Below, piece by piece: positions 58,407 to 64,000 of a stretch of DNA of 64,000 nt (its first letter is position 1; every line of letters begins with the position of its first letter). The notes beneath the pieces were generated by a model that saw only the letters and a program-made list of their open reading frames with translations, made no database searches and had not been told where the DNA came from. Position numbers and translations under genes: made by a program. This DNA is from a virus (Duplodnaviria; Caudoviricetes): the IMG/VR virus record IMGVR_UViG_3300031418_000003; one strand, written 5' to 3'.

Positions 58407-59033
58407 TTACTCCTCAGTGATTTCTAAATGCATCGCCTTCCACAGTAGGTTGTTGCCATCCCAGCATGTCTGGTCGAAAAGAGACTTGATATCGACACGA
58501 TGTCCAAATTTCTCTTCTAATTGATCTTGAAACTTAACAAACTCTTTTTGTAACTCTGGCCAGAGCTCACTAACAAAACGTTGACGTGGGTCGTATCCGA
58601 GATCAGTGAATTCTTCAGATTCCCCAGGATGGATCTCCACCAAGATAAAGTTCAAGTTATCCCGCCAACGAACCAACCGATATTTACGCTCGGGGTCAAT
58701 ACCCTTTTGATTGACCACGTAGTCACGGAATAACAGAAGCAGTTCATCAAACTCTTCAATTATGGCTTCGTGTTCAAACCAGTAAGTCAACTCCGGACAA
58801 CGCATATACCCGATTACATCAAAATACCCAGAAGCTTTAATAACCCATTCACGCAACCCCCAGATCACAGCCGGACGATTAGCACTGGTGATAAACTGAT
58901 GGGCAAAGAGCAACTTCTTTTCTAACTCTTCATCAATAATGGAATCGAACGATGTGAATTCGATTCTACCGTTTATCGAACATGGATTCAAGTTGGTCGA
59001 TGCTTGGGTAGTCAATAACGGCGTCGCTGACAT
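58407..59033 (-). CDS. Hypothetical protein
   Basis: Start uncertain; W/acidic-rich. Confidence 0.6.
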   Translation of the reverse strand: MSATPLLTTQASTNLNPCSINGRIEFTSFDSIIDEELEKKLLFAHQFITSANRPAVIWGLREWVIKASGYFDVIGYMRCPELTYWFEHEAIIEEFDELLLLFRDYVVNQKGIDPERKYRLVRWRDNLNFILVEIHPGESEEFTDLGYDPRQRFVSELWPELQKEFVKFQDQLEEKFGHRVDIKSLFDQTCWDGNNLLWKAMHLEITEE

Positions 59034-59448
59034 CTTCATTATCCGTTTCAGGGGTAGACAGGAATGATTCCACTGTTGCTTCCAGGTCCATGCTGATCGC
59101 ATGAAACTTAATGGTACTGCGCGGGAGAGCCCGCTCTACCAATTTGTATTTCATTCGGTTATCAAACCCAGCAAGATAGAATTGCTTCTTGATCTCGCGC
59201 ACTTCTTCGTAGATGGTCGAATAGAACAACTGAAGTGAAGTGTCGTCAGAATACTTACTGCGTAACTCCTCCCCGATAGCTTCTTCAGAAGTTTGATGTT
59301 TGTTGTTCAGTGCCCTGACAATAATGTCTAACACCAGAGGGTAGTAATACGCGACGTATTCCTGAACCGTTTGATTATTGTCTTCCGCTGACTGATAAAG
59401 GAATATCCCTATATTTGTTTTAAGGGTGCGGCTATCAATGTTGTACAT
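58966..59448 (-). CDS. Hypothetical protein
   Basis: 160 aa, acidic. Confidence 0.7.
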   Translation of the reverse strand: MYNIDSRTLKTNIGIFLYQSAEDNNQTVQEYVAYYYPLVLDIIVRALNNKHQTSEEAIGEELRSKYSDDTSLQLFYSTIYEEVREIKKQFYLAGFDNRMKYKLVERALPRSTIKFHAISMDLEATVESFLSTPETDNEDVSDAVIDYPSIDQLESMFDKR

Positions 59449-59456
59449 ATTGTTGC

Positions 59457-59735
59457 TCAGTGTATAGTGAGTTGAAATACAAGATTACCCAGACTTGCCA
59501 AAACAGCACAGTCAGTAACATGTACACCAAGGAGACATTCCTCGGCATAATTCTTAATACTTTCATACACATAAGAGTGTTCGAAAGACAAATTGGGATC
59601 GTAATATCCAGCTTCTACGGGGAACCCATTATCTTGACAAACCTTGGCCAAGATAGAATGTGCCAACCCGATGTCATTTTCAGATATCACATTTAGCGCG
59701 GTACGTTGATGAGTCAATCTAAACAAAATTTTCAT
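59457..59735 (-). CDS. Hypothetical protein
   Basis: 92 aa directly downstream of PhuZ. Confidence 0.65.
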   Translation of the reverse strand: MKILFRLTHQRTALNVISENDIGLAHSILAKVCQDNGFPVEAGYYDPNLSFEHSYVYESIKNYAEECLLGVHVTDCAVLASLGNLVFQLTIH

Positions 59736-59745
59736 GGGGGCAAAA

Positions 59746-59765
59746 GCCCTGGGAATTCCCAGGGC
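59746..59765 (-). terminator. Perfect 20-bp palindrome after PhuZ
   Basis: gccctgggaa|ttcccagggc followed by TTTT on the minus strand. Confidence 0.7.
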
Positions 59766-59773
59766 CTCCTTTA

Positions 59774-60724
59774 TTACATCATGCCGTCGTCGTTTGCGTC
59801 GCCGCCAAAGTTCAGACCACCTTTATTGCGGAATTGACCAGCCAACTGATCAGCTTTCACTGACTTGGCATTGATCATTTCTTTCAGGCTTTCCAGGGTA
59901 TCACCGTGATCCAGCACTGCGTGCGTGGTTTGATGAATACCATGATAGGTCTGACCATAGATACCCGCTTTGCGATACAACAGATCTTCGAATGGAGATT
60001 TGATCTGGTCTGCATCCGCATACAGGCTCAGCGCCGCCACAGGTTTGCTTTCATATTTACTGAGGCCATCTTCGGTCAGGAATGTCAGCTGAGTCAGAAC
60101 TGGATCTGCGTCTACGATAGACGTGTAGAAGAAGAAGTTAAACACGTCGGCATAGTCGATACGTTCATTTTCCAGACTGAACATCATGATTGCGTTATCG
60201 ATACGGGCAGCGGCCTGCGCATTGATTTCGCCCTGAGTAATGGTCGGTTTGTTTTCCAGGTAGGTAAACAGAACAGAGTGACCGAACTTGGTCTGGTTGT
60301 ACAGAGACCCCAGTGTACCGATGGTGTTTTCATGCTCTTTGAAACTTGAGCGATCACCAATCACAATCGCCAGTACTGGAATTTTGCGCTCCAGTAAATA
60401 GCGGACAATGAATGGACCCAGAGCCGCACCGGTGCCGCCGCTGGTTGAGAACACTACGATGTTGAGTTTGTTCGGCGCATATTTGGCCAGCATCTGCTTG
60501 GTGAAGTCAGGATACTTTTCAAGATGAGCCTGTTTGTTACCACCTGAACCTTCTGCACCTGGAACACGCTCTACATTGAACGCACCGTCAGTGACCGGGT
60601 TAGCACTGGAGGTATCAAAGCCAACGATGGTATCGATATCGCGACCATTACGGTTGTCTTTCAGGAAACGATTAGCAACGTTGATCCCGGTACCGCCTAC
60701 TGCATAGATGTTAAAATCTTTCAT
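59774..60724 (-). CDS. phuZ: PhuZ tubulin-like spindle protein
   Basis: AVGGTGINV, GFDTS, EGSGG, tubulin signature STSGGTGAALG, acidic C-tail ending DDGMM. Confidence 0.95.
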   Translation of the reverse strand: MKDFNIYAVGGTGINVANRFLKDNRNGRDIDTIVGFDTSSANPVTDGAFNVERVPGAEGSGGNKQAHLEKYPDFTKQMLAKYAPNKLNIVVFSTSGGTGAALGPFIVRYLLERKIPVLAIVIGDRSSFKEHENTIGTLGSLYNQTKFGHSVLFTYLENKPTITQGEINAQAAARIDNAIMMFSLENERIDYADVFNFFFYTSIVDADPVLTQLTFLTEDGLSKYESKPVAALSLYADADQIKSPFEDLLYRKAGIYGQTYHGIHQTTHAVLDHGDTLESLKEMINAKSVKADQLAGQFRNKGGLNFGGDANDDGMM

Positions 60725-60859
60725 TTACTTTCCTTTATAGGTTAAAGTTACTTCGTCAGGTTGCATAAAGCTCCAAATCCTTCTTTATGCGATTTAATCG
60801 TCTACATGATGCAACGATCAGTATTACTTAAATAAAGCGCTTAAAATTGATTACAGAGC

Positions 60860-61255
60860 TTATTCGAGTATCTGACACATGATATTGTCAGTTTCGTCAA
60901 ACAGCCATTGTAAACATCCGTCCATCAACTCTTGTTCGGTTTCGGCATAGATTGCTTGATCCAATTGCAGACCGATACCCAAGGGTGCTGGTTGGAATTC
61001 AAACCCGTGTTTCAACACGGGCTTGCTACAGAAGGTGCCCTGAAGTTTAATCAGGAAGTGGCCAGGACCCTCTTCATCGATAGGATAGACAACAAGCGCA
61101 AAGACCAGGTTTAGATCGCCCTCAGTGATACGAAAACTGAAACCTTGCATGTCTTCGATATTGAACCAGTTAGGGATAGGTTTACCCTGACAGCTCTGAC
61201 AAATCTCGCGCAGTTTCATTTCGGCGTATTTCTGTACAGCACTAGTGGTCGACAT
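60860..61255 (-). CDS. Hypothetical accessory protein
   Basis: ATG 61255 with GAGG RBS. Confidence 0.65.
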   Translation of the reverse strand: MSTTSAVQKYAEMKLREICQSCQGKPIPNWFNIEDMQGFSFRITEGDLNLVFALVVYPIDEEGPGHFLIKLQGTFCSKPVLKHGFEFQPAPLGIGLQLDQAIYAETEQELMDGCLQWLFDETDNIMCQILE

Positions 61256-61616
61256 ACATGTCCTCGACTTTTTGAAGTTTATCAATAAAGGTTGGAATAA
61301 CCTTTAGTTTCAGGATCTCAAGAATACCTTTATAAGAAACGAATTCACTCTTCTTAAAGAAGGTTGTGGATTCACGCAGCTTGGGAATCAGGAAACTAAT
61401 TCCGTATTGCACATTTCTTTCAGTTTTCTCCAGATCAATCTCAACAAAGCAAATGAAGACTTCGTTCTTAGTTGACTTATAACGAAAACTGACAAAGATA
61501 CTTTTCTGATCGCCTGGGTTCAAGACCTTGATGAAATAGACATTTCGATAAGGCTTAGGGGTGCGCCCAAAAGCAGCATCAATAAGTATTTCACTTACGA
61601 GTTCTTTTAGTTGCAT
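61242..61616 (-). CDS. Hypothetical accessory protein
   Basis: 124 aa; GGAGG RBS. Confidence 0.7.
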   Translation of the reverse strand: MQLKELVSEILIDAAFGRTPKPYRNVYFIKVLNPGDQKSIFVSFRYKSTKNEVFICFVEIDLEKTERNVQYGISFLIPKLRESTTFFKKSEFVSYKGILEILKLKVIPTFIDKLQKVEDMYVDH

Positions 61617-62052
61617 GGTTTCCTCCTGATTCCTCGATCAGTTTAATAAGCTGTTCATTGGAATCAACAATCATATCTATTAACGCATTGACAGCCAGGT
61701 CATCCAACACTAACACATCCGGATTCATAAAAAGAGGAATCTCTCCGCCACGAATTCTGATGAATGCTCCGCCACGACGTCTCTCATCACCACGTCGATA
61801 AACCACTTCGAGGACGTCAATGGGATAACGATCTGGATTACCAAAAGCAGCGATTTGGAAATGACGCAATACATTTCCAGTATTTCGAAGATCCAATAAT
61901 TCATCTACGATAATAAAGAAATGTTTCATATCCTTTCTTTCAAATTTACGATGAAACTGGATTTTGTGTTCACCGCCAGTTTGAATACATTTTAATATAT
62001 CCGCGATCACTGCATAAATTGTTACCTTGGTTATTGCCCGTCGGTTATCCAT
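61591..62052 (-). CDS. Hypothetical accessory protein
   Basis: 153 aa; first gene after promoter copy 5. Confidence 0.7.
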   Translation of the reverse strand: MDNRRAITKVTIYAVIADILKCIQTGGEHKIQFHRKFERKDMKHFFIIVDELLDLRNTGNVLRHFQIAAFGNPDRYPIDVLEVVYRRGDERRRGGAFIRIRGGEIPLFMNPDVLVLDDLAVNALIDMIVDSNEQLIKLIEESGGNHATKRTRK

Positions 62053-62079
62053 GTTATAAAAAACCTTTCTACATTAGTG

Positions 62080-62106
62080 TACACGATGATAATATTTGTT
62101 TGAAAT
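62080..62106 (-). promoter_or_regulatory. Putative early promoter, copy 5
   Basis: Minus strand atttcaaacaaATATTATcatcGTGTA. Confidence 0.6.
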
Positions 62107-62126
62107 TATTTTAGCGCGGCATAATC

Positions 62127-62152
62127 GAGAACAGGGTGTTACCCCTGTTCTC
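62127..62152 (-). terminator. Terminator of the AmsF-like gene
   Basis: gagaacaggg-tgttac-ccctgttctc. Confidence 0.75.
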
Positions 62153-62162
62153 TGTGCAATGT

Positions 62163-63941
62163 TTATTTAGGTTCGGTCTTCAACTGCAGATAACGTCTCT
62201 GGATATTCGGCTTAGCCGCGGTACCCATATTGATCTTAACAACAAGATGGTCTTTCTCAATCTTGCCCTTCAAGATCAGGTCACCGTCATTGGTTGCCCC
62301 AATACCAGCAGAACAGCCGATTGACCACTGTTCCAGGATATCGGTGATTCCTGCTACGGCATTCAGATCATCAAGTGATACTTTCTTAATGTCCGGTGTA
62401 AAGTAGTAGGAGACCCCTGCCTCATAACGGGTTTTTGAAGTTGCGGTGATCATTGGGATAACGTTTTTGGTATATGGCTTAACTTGCACATATATGACGA
62501 ACTTGCCACCACCGACTTTAGCAAACTTCACCGCCGAGACGGGACTTGAACCCACGGGTTGGAATGTTCCACCCATGCCACCGTTCTGATAGGTCTGGAA
62601 ACGAATCAGGGTGTTACCACCGCCTTGTCGTACACCATCGATATCTTCAAGTACGGCACCTTTGGAAAGCATGTTTCCGCAAGCGATCATATTGATGTCA
62701 ACGGTGTCACTTTCTTCAGATAAGTAGAAAGTACCCAGCTGGAACCAGTTAGCAACATTAGATGAGTTACTGATTTTGTTACGGGACATCAGTGTACCGG
62801 GTTCTAATGACCGCTCAACAAATATTCCATACGGGTTGATATCCACACGACCACGTTCCCATTCGCTCAACCACTGATCGGAGTCGTCGCGAGTGTAATC
62901 GATACCTGAAAAATTACCCTGATGGTTTTTGTTGATCTCGGTTAACTGGGCACAAGACACTTTCAGCGTGGTTTTACAATCTTCCATGCTGAGGTTTTCA
63001 ATGGTCCAGTGGCCACCGCTTAATGTACCTGGATCATCGCTGTGTTCAATCCAACCATTACGAATCAGTGCTTGGGTGCAACGTTGGAGATTAAAGACTT
63101 TACCATTATGGTTATTCTGGATATTGAAGTTAGTCAGTTCTAATGCGGTGGAGTGATTCCAACCACCTTTCTCACGGTCTGACCACCCACCCACAATTAC
63201 ATCACCAGTACACTGGCTGGTATAGAACTGATCAATCTTGCTATCAAGTGTATCAATCAAGCTAATACAAGTTCCACCGATCTTGTTGAACTTGACGCAA
63301 CGGGCGTTGAAGTATTGTCCACCAATAACATTGTTACGGAAGATCCCTTTCTTGTTGGGTTTATCAACAGTACTGGTACCTTCAAACATGATGTTACTGA
63401 TTTCTACCCAACGGTGTTTAACATCAATCAAAAACTCTTCAACAGGCTCGCCTTTTTCATTGGTCGGACCGGTGTCGGTGACGATGAAAGTGTTGGCGAA
63501 ATAACCAAAGTTAACAGGGGGTCCAGAGATACGGAAATAGCTGGACTCACTTAACATGCCGAGCTTGGACAAAAACAGTCGCCCAGCAGGAAGCTGAATA
63601 CCCAGACCTGGGTAATTGGCAAAGGCCCACTTATGCATGGCCAGTGCTGCATCAGCCATATCTGTCTTACCATCAGGAATTGCACCAAACTCAAGCACAG
63701 TCAGTTTGGATGGATCGCTGACAACACGTTCCCAGTAATAATCTTTACCGTGAGCGATAATCCCACCATCGCTGTATTTCTGTGTTACATTCCGATTGAC
63801 CAAGTAACCGATGAAATAACCACCACCGATATTCGTACCTTCATTCCACCCTGTCAGCAGAACGCGTTGCCCCTGTTCTGTGGGTTTGGTCGCCTTTAAC
63901 GCGGCGTATGACGGTATCAGAGTTAGTTCGTTACTTGACAT
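62163..63941 (-). CDS. amsF: AmsF/WceF-like tailspike-fold (beta-helix) exopolysaccharide-modifying protein
   Basis: LTVLEFGAIPDGKTD, GIQLPAG, VNFGYF, ISLIDTLDSKIDQFY, HSTALELTNFNIQ and NGWIEH match my recollection of Erwinia AmsF; no Tat leader. Confidence 0.75.
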   Translation of the reverse strand: MSSNELTLIPSYAALKATKPTEQGQRVLLTGWNEGTNIGGGYFIGYLVNRNVTQKYSDGGIIAHGKDYYWERVVSDPSKLTVLEFGAIPDGKTDMADAALAMHKWAFANYPGLGIQLPAGRLFLSKLGMLSESSYFRISGPPVNFGYFANTFIVTDTGPTNEKGEPVEEFLIDVKHRWVEISNIMFEGTSTVDKPNKKGIFRNNVIGGQYFNARCVKFNKIGGTCISLIDTLDSKIDQFYTSQCTGDVIVGGWSDREKGGWNHSTALELTNFNIQNNHNGKVFNLQRCTQALIRNGWIEHSDDPGTLSGGHWTIENLSMEDCKTTLKVSCAQLTEINKNHQGNFSGIDYTRDDSDQWLSEWERGRVDINPYGIFVERSLEPGTLMSRNKISNSSNVANWFQLGTFYLSEESDTVDINMIACGNMLSKGAVLEDIDGVRQGGGNTLIRFQTYQNGGMGGTFQPVGSSPVSAVKFAKVGGGKFVIYVQVKPYTKNVIPMITATSKTRYEAGVSYYFTPDIKKVSLDDLNAVAGITDILEQWSIGCSAGIGATNDGDLILKGKIEKDHLVVKINMGTAAKPNIQRRYLQLKTEPK

Positions 63942-64000
63942 TCTATTCTCCCATTCTAAGTTTGCAGGTGAATGTGCAACTATGTGTTACACATACGATA

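Noticed and set aside
1-64000. tRNA, rRNA, CRISPR arrays, IS elements, introns
   Set aside because: No cloverleaf/T-loop signatures, regularly spaced repeats, transposase motifs or interrupted core genes were seen by eye. tRNAscan-SE and Infernal would be needed to exclude them formally.

Overview
This window is a 64-kb stretch of a nucleus-forming jumbo phage genome (Chimalliviridae, phiKZ-like). It is densely coding and mostly on the minus strand. From left to right it carries: (i) a head/inner-body and baseplate structural block with many G-x-E prohead-protease-type sites; (ii) the exonuclease/motif-A half of a split family-B DNA polymerase; (iii) a virion RNAP beta'-like subunit; (iv) accessory islets (ART-like gene, degenerate HNH, a triplicated 'FVPSFD' family, an orphan HigA); (v) an SF2 helicase; (vi) the conserved nucleus block (non-virion RNAP beta, beta' and sigma-like subunits, a PicA-like importer, ChmC-like protein, SbcD, chimallin); (vii) the catalytic DNA polymerase half, PhuZ tubulin and an AmsF/WceF-like beta-helix protein that suggests an Erwinia/Pantoea-type host. 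phiKZ gene equivalences rest on motifs plus remembered synteny, not on database searches. The most striking observation is 47000..47722: an Acb1-type 2H phosphodiesterase with an N-terminal domain resembling the Tad1 sponge family, lying in a hairpin-bounded three-gene islet that also contains a 54-aa membrane peptide missing from the ORF track. Other leads are a candidate -1 frameshift (G GGA AAG) at 30939..30945, a five-copy early-promoter motif, a family of sequence-conserved CTAC/GTAG hairpins, and prion-like or SSB-mimic tails in nucleus-block proteins. I found no tRNA, rRNA, CRISPR array or intron.
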